Assembly (NCBI GenBank): GCA_015680685.1
Contig: MNCI01001938.1
Location: 1-64,000, forward strand
Length of the DNA: 64,000 nt
Source: Gnetum montanum
Taxonomy: Eukaryota > Plantae > Gnetophyta
Reading direction: 5' to 3'
Part shown: piece after piece, positions 1 through 10,431 of the stretch
Layout of the letters: each line of letters opens with the position of its first letter
How positions within the stretch are numbered: position 1 is the stretch's first letter
Notes under the pieces: generated by a model
Told to the model about the DNA's origin: nothing
The model's input: the letters and a program-made list of their open reading frames with translations, nothing else
The model's database searches: none
Program-made: the position numbers and the translations under genes

Positions 1-123
1 GTGGTAGTTTAACGTCATTTCGGACAGTGGCGTGTGCGACATCGACCGAATTAATACCAAATTTTCGGATTCCGTTTCGGGAAAGTTCTATTTTAATCCA
101 ATATCAAGTCGGCGATCTTCGCG

Positions 124-131
124 TATAAGTA
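124..131 (+). promoter_or_regulatory. TATA-like box of the antisense accessory gene (copy A)
   Basis: TATAAGTA ~180 bp upstream of ATG 307; positionally equivalent to TATAAATA at 16871 (B) and 62214-62221 (G, minus) and TATAAAT at 53573-53579 (C, minus). Confidence 0.5.
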
Positions 132-306
132 GGTGGTCTTTTGATGAAACTGGTTGTTAGCTATAGGAATTTGAATTTCACAAGGAAGAATAGAGAAAGA
201 AGCAAAGCAAAAGTAGAAAGAGCAAGGAGAAGGAAAATAGGCGACGGAGGCGTGTAACCTATCTAGTATCTGTAAGCAAGCTGTAAGAAACCCTGCAACT
301 ATCGTG

Positions 307-3300
307 ATGGCTCCAAAGGCAAAGAAGCAGAATGCCAAATTGGCAAAAATCGACGAAGTGCAGGCAAGCCTGAACCGTGTTTCGTGGGCGTTGATCGATG
401 TCTGCGACCCGACGCCTCTCAAACGGTAGGCCATTCTTTACGCTCGGCCTACATGGCTTTTTTTTTTGTTTCGTTTGTTTAAATATGTTTAGCGTGAATG
501 CGTGCATCAAATTATGGACCTCGGCTTAATGCGAGGGTTCTGATTAGGTTGCGTTCATTGCCGTTGTTAGAGACAGACCTTGCGTTCCTGCAAGGGTATG
601 GGCAATTTCGGCCTGGTTGCGTTTTACGATTTTTTTTGTTTTGTTTTTGTTACGTGTGGATGTATAGATGTAGATTTTTGAATGAGTTTTGGTGTTTTCT
701 ACAGCATCGCGCTGAAGCCCATCCTGCTTGTGCTGGATCTTGTTGGGGTTTTATGCTGGTTAAACCCTATTGTGCCAAATGTCCCTCCTCCGCACACAAG
801 AGTGCAGGGAAAAGCCATTTGGTACCGAAAGGGTGCGTTGGAATTTTTGCAGTTTTTACTGCGTAGATTCAGCATCATCATCTGGTCGCATGTGACCGGA
901 GATGTTTCCGGGGCCGTCCTGGAGCACCTATTGCGAGGGTCTTCGCAGGGGATTCTGGCCTACTTGACGGACGGGGCGGTTGACACGGGCAATCCCGAGG
1001 ACCGAGCACTCAGCTCTCGGGGAATGAGAAACTTGCAGTGGATCTGGGGTATGACCCACTTCAACTGCTACCACACATATAATACGTTGTTCGTGGCCCG
1101 TCATGTGTCAACGTATTTCCAGAACCCTCAAGGCACAGTATACTACGCCGGCGGGTAAGCAGATCTAGATGACTTTGTTTTATTTTTGTGAAAAGGATGT
1201 AAGAGGAAAAGTTTATGTAGGAAGAAAGGTTTTGGCTGTAGAGTGTAAAGTGAAATTACGCTATATTGTACAGGTTTTTTATCCGTGACAACAAACTAAT
1301 CGGCGACGGCGACGCGCTATCTTGTGCCGAAACGGCGATAACGCTGTTCACTGCAACGAATAACGTTCGTGCCGGCCTTATCGGGCAAATCGGCCACGAA
1401 ATGCGTGAGTACCACTCACGCTACGAGGAGGCCTTCAAGAAGTGCGAGAGCCTTGGGTGGTTGCATGAGGATTGGACGCTGGATCCGCCCCTCAGCGTCC
1501 AGGACGTGGAGATAGAGCTCCCGCAATTCCCGCTGCCGTTTGGCCCCGGTAAGGTTGTTGCGTGTTTAGTGCTATTGACTAGTTATGATTATTGTAGCAA
1601 GGTTTGTGTAATGTCTTACCTTTTGAGTTACAGTCCGGGAATCTCGGGAGATTACCTTAACAATTTCCGGCCGCGGGGCAAGAGATGTCCTCTTCCGTTA
1701 TGGGGACATTAAAGAGGCGCAGCGTTGGCTAGGCCACTCAGCGGCCCCAGCGGTGGTGGTTACTAACCTCCAGACTGCCGGACTGCTGCACCTGTTTTTA
1801 GCTGCCACTCCTGACGTTCCCGCCAGCGAAATGATCGGCTTGGTGGACTCCTTTAATGCGAAGGCCGACCGTTTCAGCACGCGCGTGCACAACGTGCGTG
1901 TGAATTTTGACATTAACGCACAGGTCTTCTCAGACCTGTTTGGTGTTCCTTCCAACGGCCTTCCTGTAAACGTGAAGGCCCAAAGGGGCGTCAAAGTGGA
2001 GGCGCTTCTGCAGGAGTGGGCCAAAGTCCCTAAGGATACTAAGGGATTCCCCTGTGAACAGTTTGAGCTGCCGACTGCCAAAACGCTGTATCCCCTTTTT
2101 CGGGCCCGTACCTTCCCCAAAACCCTCTCGCAAGCGCGGAACTTTTCAGTGGAACAAACACGTATTATGCGAGAGGTGCTGGAGGAGGGGGCCCGTTTCG
2201 ACTGCGGCAGTCATCTCGCCAAAGGTTTGCGGAGCGAGATGATCAAGCTTCAAGAGAAGCTTGAGTCTCGCTTCAACGTGCACCATGCCTTATTTATAGC
2301 CGTCCTCCGGCGGTTTGCGGAGTATTTGGTCATCCAAAAGAATGGGGTCTGGGTACAGCAGGACCGGGACCAGCTGTCCAAACCCTGGATCGCCCACATC
2401 CTCAACACTACCCGTGGGCAGGATCCGCCGGAAGGGATTGGAGAGTCAATGTCCGTGACTACCAAAGGCATGACGGCACCCCGAGTGCGGGGTCTCGACA
2501 GTGTAGGCGGGATAATGCCTACCTACACTGGCGATGCCTCGCGAGGGAAACGCTTGGCTGAGGAAATCGTGGAGCCTGCAGCTTGACGGAAGAGGCTCCG
2601 CGTTGCTGAGGTCCCTGGAGGCGAAGGTGGCCACACCGTAGGGCTCACGGTGCAGCGGACTAAGCCTCCGCCTGGTAAGTGTAAAGCCTATATACACAAT
2701 GCTTAATTTTGACTAGTGGAATCGTGTTCTAACGCATGAGGATGTAAATAGCAAAAAAGACAGGTCGATTGACCCCCGAAACAGGGGCAATGGTGTTAAA
2801 GCGTGGCGAGGGGGCCTCGATTTTGGAAACAGAGACCCCAGCTGCTAGCACGCGTCGTGCATAGCCCTCGGCACGGGGGGTGGCCCCAGCTACGGGTGGG
2901 AGCCACGTACAAATGGGGGAGGAGGCTCCTGCTACTGGAACAAGAGACGCGCAGACCCCGGTGCGTGACGTAGAGAAAAGTAGAGAAGACGTCGATGACG
3001 CTGCCACTGTCACCGGCAGAGGTAATGAGCGTATGTTTTTCGGGTTTTGCAAGAATCTGTAAACAGGTAATATCTAATCGAGTATGTTATAGGGGAAGGA
3101 GATGCCTCGACGTCGGCGGGCGCTAATGAAGCGTGGAGGGATCTCCCCGATAAGNGCTTTTTTTTTCTGTCAGGAGCTCACCTCCGATGGGACCCTGCGG
3201 AGCCCATTGACTTGGACACAGCAGAGCCTCCATCCGATGGGGCAGTCGTGCCACGCAACATTTATGACGCAATGCGTAAATGTGCGCTACGCTCGACACG

Positions 3301-4312
3301 CTCCGTGTGGGAAAGCAGAAATATTAACGAGGCCCTATGGAAAAAACTGCAGCGATCAGAATAGAGGGTCGAGTCCTTGACTAAGGAAGTCGAGGACCTG
3401 AGGGTGCGCTACGAGTTCCTACAGGCTCGCGTGACCGGCAACGAAGACTGGCGTACTGCTATGATTGATCACTCCCGTTATTGGACAGCGATCAGGAATA
3501 GCGTACAGACCAGCCGAGCGTTGGTCGAGCAGAGGATGCAAATAGAGCTCCTTGCTCAAAAGAGCCGAGACTGGAGGGACTACTGCGCGGGTGTTCAGGA
3601 ATGGGGTCAGAAGGAGAAGGACCACAAGCACGTGTACAAAAGGGAAAGCGCCGCCTATAGGAAACGCTACCGTGAGTCTGCTATAAAAGCACGGTCTCTG
3701 GAGGTCTTTGTGGATACTATCGGGGCGTCCGAAGCCTTCAAGAAGTTTGAAGAACAGGTGACGGTCACTGCTTCTCCAGAGAGAGCAATGGTCTTTCCTG
3801 GAAATCAAACTTCAATCCCTACCTTCTACCCAGACCCTCCTGCTTGGAGCAGCGTGGAGAAAGGAAAGGTAAAAGCAGGGATGGCTTTGGGCGAAGATGC
3901 GTGGCAAGACCTATCAGAGGACGAAATTATGAAGCGTTTGTGGGCTGGCCTAGATAAGCTTCCCTTTGCTGCTGAGGCTGGGTCATCTCGGGTGAGTTTA
4001 CGCATGGCTTAGCTAGCGCGTTTTAAGACATAATGTTGCCTGCTCTAATTTTTTACGTTATTTATGTTTCAGGTACCAGGAGGTGATGAAGATCCGCCCA
4101 CTGAGGGGCAGGAGGAGGAAACTATGGAAGCGGAGGTAGAACACAATGAAGGGCGTCCTGTGGAGCCATCGTTAGAAGGAGAGTCCCATGAAGAGACAAT
4201 CTTTCCAGGGGGAATATTTCCCGGAAACGATGACCTACTAGAGGACGACCTTATGGGTTTAGACTTGGAGTTGAAAGACACGGGCGATAGTGGCAGCATG
4301 GGTCACACGTGA
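307..4312 (+). CDS. Retrotransposon-borne antisense multi-exon accessory protein (~1,100 aa): FCP1/NIF-like HAD domain, plant transposon accessory domain, coiled coil, acidic tail. Exons 307-425, 705-1154, 1274-1548, 1634-2674, 2752-3021, 3093-~3150 (N at 3155), 3174-3991, 4073-4312
   Basis: Starts MAPKAKKQ. Every resolved junction is GT..AG and phase-compatible (phases 2,2,1,1,1,?,0), joining ORF-track pieces 682, 1266, 1753, 2880, 3377 and 4064. Three in-frame stops (TGA 2584, TAG 2862, TAG 3362) are each a single C>T from CGA/CAG. Homologous copies at 16871-21710 (+) and 48730-53580 (-). Confidence 0.85.
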
Positions 4313-4416
4313 CTGGGTTTTCTGGCACCATGTCACAAATATTTTGAAAGTCAAGGACGCTATAAACTTTGATTGACTATTTTATCATGTGTTCCTTGTT
4401 ACTTGTTCTATTGCCT

Positions 4417-4608
4417 TAGTTTAAGGCCGTTACAGGCCGAAAGCGTGAATAGTTTAAGGCCGTGGCGGGCCAATGCGTAAACACGTATACGATGTAAATG
4501 GTGCGTATATGCAAGAATAGAGGTGAGTGGAAACTACTAGTTTAGGGCCATGACGGGCCGATGCGTAAATGGAAATGAACAAACTAGTTTAAGGCCGTTG
4601 CGGGCCGA
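4417..4608. repeat. TAGTTTAAGGCC-N7-GGCC repeat cluster (4 copies) between the protease end and the antisense gene 3' end
   Basis: Units at 4417, 4450, 4538 and 4585. Confidence 0.85.
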
Positions 4609-4858
4609 TGCGTAAATGGGTAACGTAACGTAACCCTGGACATTGCGTAAAGTAGCAAATGCGTACCATGCGTAAGAGGCGAAGGCAAAAGGCGAAGCGT
4701 AAAAGGCAAAAGGCAAACTGTAAAGTGTAAAAAGGCATAAAAACAAAACGCGAAGCGTAAAAAGCATAAAAGCTCATAGTCATAAAGCACATAGGCATAG
4801 GGAAACTATTGACCAATAGATGCGCTAACTTACCTGCACGCACGTTGGAGAGCTTCGT

Positions 4859-5800
4859 TCAGCCATCAGCACGCAACTGCCTCTTGACGGTTTTTATGTT
4901 GACGGCTGCGTAAGGGCGAGGAGGTTTACAGTTCGACTCCTCTATGCTAACATCCGGGAATGGTAGGTCAACCCAGGCTAAACTATCAGCATTGTCATTG
5001 TCCTGTTCAGGGGCTCGGAGAGAAGGCTGGTCATCAGCCGTTTCGATCTCTGAACCCCGCTCTTCCTCAATGTTACTAACGGTCCTGGATGTGATCTCGT
5101 CGCCGCGTATGATAACCTCCCCCCCAGCGTAAGGCAGGTGTATCTCCTGATGGATAGGTGACGAGACTGCCCTCAGCTGAGCTAACCATGACCTCCCCAA
5201 GATCAAGTTGAAGCCTGGCATCTCCTCGACGACTAAAAACGTGGCTTCCGTGGGGAATTGATTCCCCGCCACAAACTCAATTCGCACCGTTCCTTTGACC
5301 TGAACCCGTGCTCCATTGAATGATTTGACACAGGCTGTCGTAGTGGGAGTGATCTGGTCAACCAAACCCAACCTATCCACGATGGAATAGGGAACGACAT
5401 TAGCAGCCGCGCCATCATCCACATGCACCCTCCGGATCCGATACTGGCCGACCCGGATGGTTATGAACATGGGCTCCGTCGTCACTTGACCTTTTTCTGG
5501 ATCATCTTTAACGGACTCGTCCAGAAAGGTCAGCGAGGTGGGCTTGGGTTGCTTGGCCTCAGGAGGAAACATAATAGCGTGTATTGCTTCCTCTTCAGCT
5601 GGCAAGCTGGCATCCACTGATATGGACGTCAACATACGTACCATAGCCTCGCGGTGTTCTCGAGAAGTCATCAAGAGGTCATACAAACTCAGCGTTGTGT
5701 TTTTCTGCTTCAGAGCTTGCTTAACCTGTGTAAAGGCGTCGAGGAGGTCTTTCTCCCGGCAGGTTGGTTTATCCCCCTTACTTTCCTCCACCCGGCCCAA
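4859..5800 (-). CDS. Retrotransposon aspartic protease region (copy A)
   Basis: RRVHVDDGAAANVVPY (D-x-G retropepsin motif), VKSFNG, FLVVEEMPGFNLILGRSWL..SPIHQEIHLP, typical of Tat/Ogre proteases. Confidence 0.9.
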   Translation of the reverse strand: MGRVEESKGDKPTCREKDLLDAFTQVKQALKQKNTTLSLYDLLMTSREHREAMVRMLTSISVDASLPAEEEAIHAIMFPPEAKQPKPTSLTFLDESVKDDPEKGQVTTEPMFITIRVGQYRIRRVHVDDGAAANVVPYSIVDRLGLVDQITPTTTACVKSFNGARVQVKGTVRIEFVAGNQFPTEATFLVVEEMPGFNLILGRSWLAQLRAVSSPIHQEIHLPYAGGEVIIRGDEITSRTVSNIEEERGSEIETADDQPSLRAPEQDNDNADSLAWVDLPFPDVSIEESNCKPPRPYAAVNIKTVKRQLRADG

Positions 5801-7968
5801 GAGACGGATCTCGCGAGGCGGGGGGTGTCAAAAGAGGGACTGTTCATCTTCTTACCGGCGGAGGGCTGCTGAATTTCTGTGCTTTTGTTATGCTTCTGGG
5901 GCATGGTCATAGGCACAGAGGCCAAGGGCCTAGGCTTCGGGAAGCCGAGCGTAGAACTGTTTTCCTCCTTCCGCTTAGGAGGCAATGCTTGATGGTAAGG
6001 GTTGGAGGTCTGCCCCTGCATGAGAGGAGCAGCCTGTGGCCGGGACACCCTAATGACGAAGGGCGCTCTCGGTGTGGGCGCAGACGAAGCTGCGGCTTGG
6101 GCTGTAGCGTGTGACTGAGGCCGTACCTGAGAAGGCGCCCGTATAACGAACGGCGGCCGTGAGGCCCCACCTGCTGCCGAAGAAATAGTTGGCCCCCTTT
6201 GTGGGCTGGCAGGTACGCGCAAAACAAAAGGTTGTTTTGGCGGCCCCTTACGCTCATCGTCAGTACTTACCACAGTGATTGTAAAAGGATCGTAACTTGC
6301 GTTTAACGGATCCTTGTATACATGTAATGTCTGGTTTTCCGGACGCGTGGGGTTACTGCTGTCTAGTGTCAGATGACCCTCGTCGATCATGCGTTGAATA
6401 TCATCTTTCAACGCCCAGCAGTAATCCGTGTTGTGACCACACATCTGGTGGTAGTCACAGAAACGGTCCAGCCGGAAAGATCTCGGAACCGCCGGCTCGT
6501 TGGGCAGAGCTAAAGAGGGGTCCTTCAGCAATTCACAGTTACGTCTGTGACGCTTCAGGGCCTCTTCGGACACCTTCTTAGTTTGAATGTGTCCTGCCGC
6601 CAACAGCTGTTTTAGCAGTTCGGAGTGTTTTACTGGTAGAGCCGCGTATTTTGAGCGGTCCTTGCGCTCAAAATTCGGCCTCGGCTGGGGGGCCGGTTCA
6701 GGGGCAGGCGCGGCCTAGCTGGTGCCGGCACCAGCCGTGGCCTCAGGTGGTGTTGTTGTCGGAGCTTTCTTGTTCTTGTTCCTTGCATTCTCAGTCAGTG
6801 CGGCCACAGTAGTTGTCGTTGCCTTGCCTTTATCTTTGGCTTTGTTGTGCATGTTCTTGTAAGCGATGTACGCCGGGTCCTTGCTAGCCTCCGCAGCATC
6901 TTGAATGCTCCGGACTTGAACGAAGGCTTGACGTATGTCTCCAGGGGAAAGATAATACAGCTTGGACTTGATAAAGTCGTTGACTGCTCCCTTGAATATA
7001 GCCAACATGTGGGAATTCGCGATCGGGTCACGAATCTCATTCAAGGTGGCATTCCAACGCTGTATGAACTTTTGGACTGGCTCGAGCGGGTCCTGTTTCA
7101 CTCCCATAAGCTGCTCCAATGTGACTTCCGGCTTCACATTGTACCGGAATCTGGTCACAAATTGGGTCAGCAACTCTTCCAAAGTTGAAATGGAAGAGCG
7201 TGGGAGAGCTCGGTACCAGTCTAGAGCCTTCCCTGTTAAGGACATCGCAAAGACTCTGACCAAAGTATGTGGCCATTGTTGCAGCAACAAGGATTCGGAT
7301 CTAAAGGTGGCCAAGTGTGTGTTGGGATCCCCCTCCCCATTATACTTCGTAAAATGTGGGAGAGACATCCCTGGCGGCAACGACAACACGGGGACCGCTG
7401 GATTAATTGGATCATCTTGGTAGAAATCCGTGATCTGAATGGTGTCAGATCCAGCGGTCTTAAGGCGTCGTACCTCCTCAGTAAGGGTTTGGATAAGGTG
7501 AAACGCTTGATCCAGACCTGTTGAAGGAGGCGTCTGTGCAGCAGGCATAGGAGCAGGAGGTTGGACTGGGTGAACAGTCCCAGGAAACTGGAGTGCAGGA
7601 GGTGGTTGGTTACCTGCTGGTGGAGCAGGGGTCCACGTAGGCTGAGAGACTTGCGCAGGTCCCCACCCGCCGATTTGTGACGGGGGGTTAACAACTGCCT
7701 GCTGCGGGGCATAATGATAAGTGTAACGAGGAAGCACCCGTGAAAATTGCGCCGCTGGTGCTGGCGGGGGTTGGGGATCGTAAAAGGCAGACGGATATTG
7801 TTGCACAGCAGGGTCAGTCCACTGACTTGTCGCGGGGTATTGAAGAAAGGGTGGTTGTGGCATGGTCAGAGCATGTTGCTGCGTCGGCGGGGGCAGCAAC
7901 CTTTGCGCCGAGTGAGTTGTCGGAACCTGAGGGATGGACTGAGGCGCAGTGGTCACCGAGATCCCCGC
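5801..7968 (-). CDS. gag: Gag (copy A): Pro/Gln-rich N-terminus, Retrotrans_gag core, Tat-type Cys/His knuckle; 5' end lies in the assembly gap
   Basis: PHFTKYNGEGDPNTHL..FAMSLTGKALDWYRALPRSSISTLEELLTQFVTRF and FCDYHQMCGHNTDYCWALKDDIQRMIDEG. ORFs 6715-7968 and 5710-6603 are in frame across one TAG at 6715. Confidence 0.9.
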
Positions 7969-8876
7969 NNNNNNNNNNNNNNNNNNNNNNNNNNNNNNNN
8001 NNNNNNNNNNNNNNNNNNNNNNNNNNNNNNNNNNNNNNNNNNNNNNNNNNNNNNNNNNNNNNNNNNNNNNNNNNNNNNNNNNNNNNNNNNNNNNNNNNNN
8101 NNNNNNNNNNNNNNNNNNNNNNNNNNNNNNNNNNNNNNNNNNNNNNNNNNNNNNNNNNNNNNNNNNNNNNNNNNNNNNNNNNNNNNNNNNNNNNNNNNNN
8201 NNNNNNNNNNNNNNNNNNNNNNNNNNNNNNNNNNNNNNNNNNNNNNNNNNNNNNNNNNNNNNNNNNNNNNNNNNNNNNNNNNNNNNNNNNNNNNNNNNNN
8301 NNNNNNNNNNNNNNNNNNNNNNNNNNNNNNNNNNNNNNNNNNNNNNNNNNNNNNNNNNNNNNNNNNNNNNNNNNNNNNNNNNNNNNNNNNNNNNNNNNNN
8401 NNNNNNNNNNNNNNNNNNNNNNNNNNNNNNNNNNNNNNNNNNNNNNNNNNNNNNNNNNNNNNNNNNNNNNNNNNNNNNNNNNNNNNNNNNNNNNNNNNNN
8501 NNNNNNNNNNNNNNNNNNNNNNNNNNNNNNNNNNNNNNNNNNNNNNNNNNNNNNNNNNNNNNNNNNNNNNNNNNNNNNNNNNNNNNNNNNNNNNNNNNNN
8601 NNNNNNNNNNNNNNNNNNNNNNNNNNNNNNNNNNNNNNNNNNNNNNNNNNNNNNNNNNNNNNNNNNNNNNNNNNNNNNNNNNNNNNNNNNNNNNNNNNNN
8701 NNNNNNNNNNNNNNNNNNNNNNNNNNNNNNNNNNNNNNNNNNNNNNNNNNNNNNNNNNNNNNNNNNNNNNNNNNNNNNNNNNNNNNNNNNNNNNNNNNNN
8801 NNNNNNNNNNNNNNNNNNNNNNNNNNNNNNNNNNNNNNNNNNNNNNNNNNNNNNNNNNNNNNNNNNNNNNNNNNNN
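7969..8876. other. Assembly gap (N run) covering the LTR end, PBS, 5' UTR and gag start of copy A
   Basis: Run of N; sequence resuming at 8877 aligns to ~25770 in the B 5' LTR. Confidence 0.95.
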
Positions 8877-10431
8877 CCACGGATCCGTGCGAGGGCTATG
8901 CTGGAAAAACAAATCCACGGCGCCCTGAACGGTCTTGTCGATCAGACAGGGACTTACGAGTTAGTAAAAGCAGTGACGATTACAGATTTTTGCGTGACGT
9001 GCTTTGTTGCGAGAGATTGTAAAACGGGGAGACAACAACGTAGATGGAGCGCAACGAAGATAACGCTAAAACGCCGGAAAGATGCTAATCGGGGGAGAAA
9101 AAGCGTATACTTCGCAAAGATCAAAGATCTATGTTTTAATGCTGGGTCTGATGTATATGTTTCCGTGTATATTACGTTACAACGGGAGAAAACCCCCAAT
9201 AACTGGGTGCAGAATGAGCGTAAAACAACAAGAAAACTGTGTGGACAGAAATCTGATCTACCTTGTAGACCCAAAGCCTAGGTGCAGGAATGGTCAAGCT
9301 CTGAAGTCTATCGATCTTTTGAATGATGGAACCTGCTAACTGGGCGAGACGACTCTGCAATTCTTGTTCTGCTTCTTTGCTTCGGGTAGATCTTTTGCTA
9401 AAACTCAAGCGTGCTGTGTTCTGTTTCTGCTAACGGATCGTGTTTGCAGCGATTATCAAAAGGTTGCTCTTGTTTCTCTGCTCAAAGGCGATGAGTGTTC
9501 CCTTGCTCAGAAAATGCTCTTGTCCTCTTGATCTGCTGTCAGCAAAAAGCGAGAAGTGCTCTGGTGCTCTGGTTCGTCAACTTGCCAACTTCTTCCTCTC
9601 TCCCCCCAAAAAAAAAGGTCCCTTTGTATATTTGTCAGTCGGAGTATTTATAGGCCGCGACATGCGCAACCTTGATGATGTGGGCCCGAATGTCGCAGAT
9701 CCTGTTGGCGCGATTCTTTTAAGTCGAACTGCGACTATGCACAACACGCTCATCGAACTGCGACTACGCACAACACGCTCGTTTGCGTGCTGTGCGTGTA
9801 AAGAGCGGGCCCATGGGCGTGTGTCGGCTGTGTTTGCGCTCATTTGCTTTGTGTTGCGTGTATGAACGCACTGACGTCAAAACAATGAGTTCAAGATTGT
9901 TTTACGCTCACCACGCAGCTGTGCGTAACAAAGCGTAAATGTAACGTACGCTCATTACGCAGCCGTGCGTGATGAAGCGTAAACCAAGTTTTAACTTACG
10001 TTCATCACACAACTGCGCGTTATAAAGCGTAAACAATGCATAACTTACGCTTACCACGCAGCGGCGCGTGGTGGAGCGTAAGGAGCGTGCAACTTTGAAT
10101 CATGACCCACGCACTAGTACGCACCGCTACGCAACGAGCGTAAAGGCCACTTATGTTATGCGCCGCGAGAAAAAGTACCAAGTCGTCGTACCTTTCTGGA
10201 TTTTGCCTTCAACTGCTTTGGAGCTTATTACGCTCATCACGCTGCGGTGCGTGATAGAGCGTAAACTTGTCCTTGAACAAATTCGCCTTTGGCTGTCTCG
10301 GAGCTTATTACGCTCATCACGCTGCCGTGCGTGATAGAGCGTAAACTCGTCCTTAGCCAAATTCGAGGCGTGTTCCTGCTCAAATTACGAATCTCCGCCT
10401 GAGGCCGACCCATAATTTTCACGGTGTTTCA
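8877..10431 (-). repeat. 5' LTR of copy A (3' end in gap); TATA at 9645-9652 (minus)
   Basis: Terminus GGTGTTTCA at 10431 matches the other family LTR termini; 8877-8960 is homologous to 25770-25850. Confidence 0.8.
9900..10347. repeat. Array of ~38-bp imperfect palindromes (TTACGCTC-ATCACGC-N6-GCGTGAT-AGAGCGTAA) in LTR U3
   Basis: Units near 9900, 9946, 9995, 10044, 10117, 10228 and 10308; the last two are nearly identical. Confidence 0.8.

Larger units (their letters stand above)
1..10431 (-). mobile_element. Tat/Ogre-like Ty3/gypsy LTR retrotransposon, copy A (young; RT-RH-INT and 3' LTR expected beyond the left window edge)
   Basis: LTR start TGAAACACC on the minus strand at 10431, minus-strand gag and protease, antisense spliced gene, same order as copies B and C. 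CpG is retained, unlike in the rest of the window. Confidence 0.9.

Noticed and set aside
307-4312. Spliced gene as an ordinary host gene
   Set aside because: It recurs at the same position and orientation inside three copies of the retrotransposon and decays along with them.
5800-5850. Programmed -1 frameshift between gag and protease in A
   Set aside because: No canonical slippery heptamer, and copy C reads through the equivalent EIHLFG segment in frame; a 1-bp indel near the C run is simpler.
6715-6717. Programmed stop-codon readthrough in gag
   Set aside because: B has CAA at the approximately aligned position (ASQPS), and CAG>TAG is the dominant decay pattern in this window. C and E also show stops nearby, so a family consensus should confirm.
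7740-9281. Long ORFs in the ORF track spanning poly-X
   Set aside because: Artefacts of the N gap; only the minus-strand gag frame is supported.
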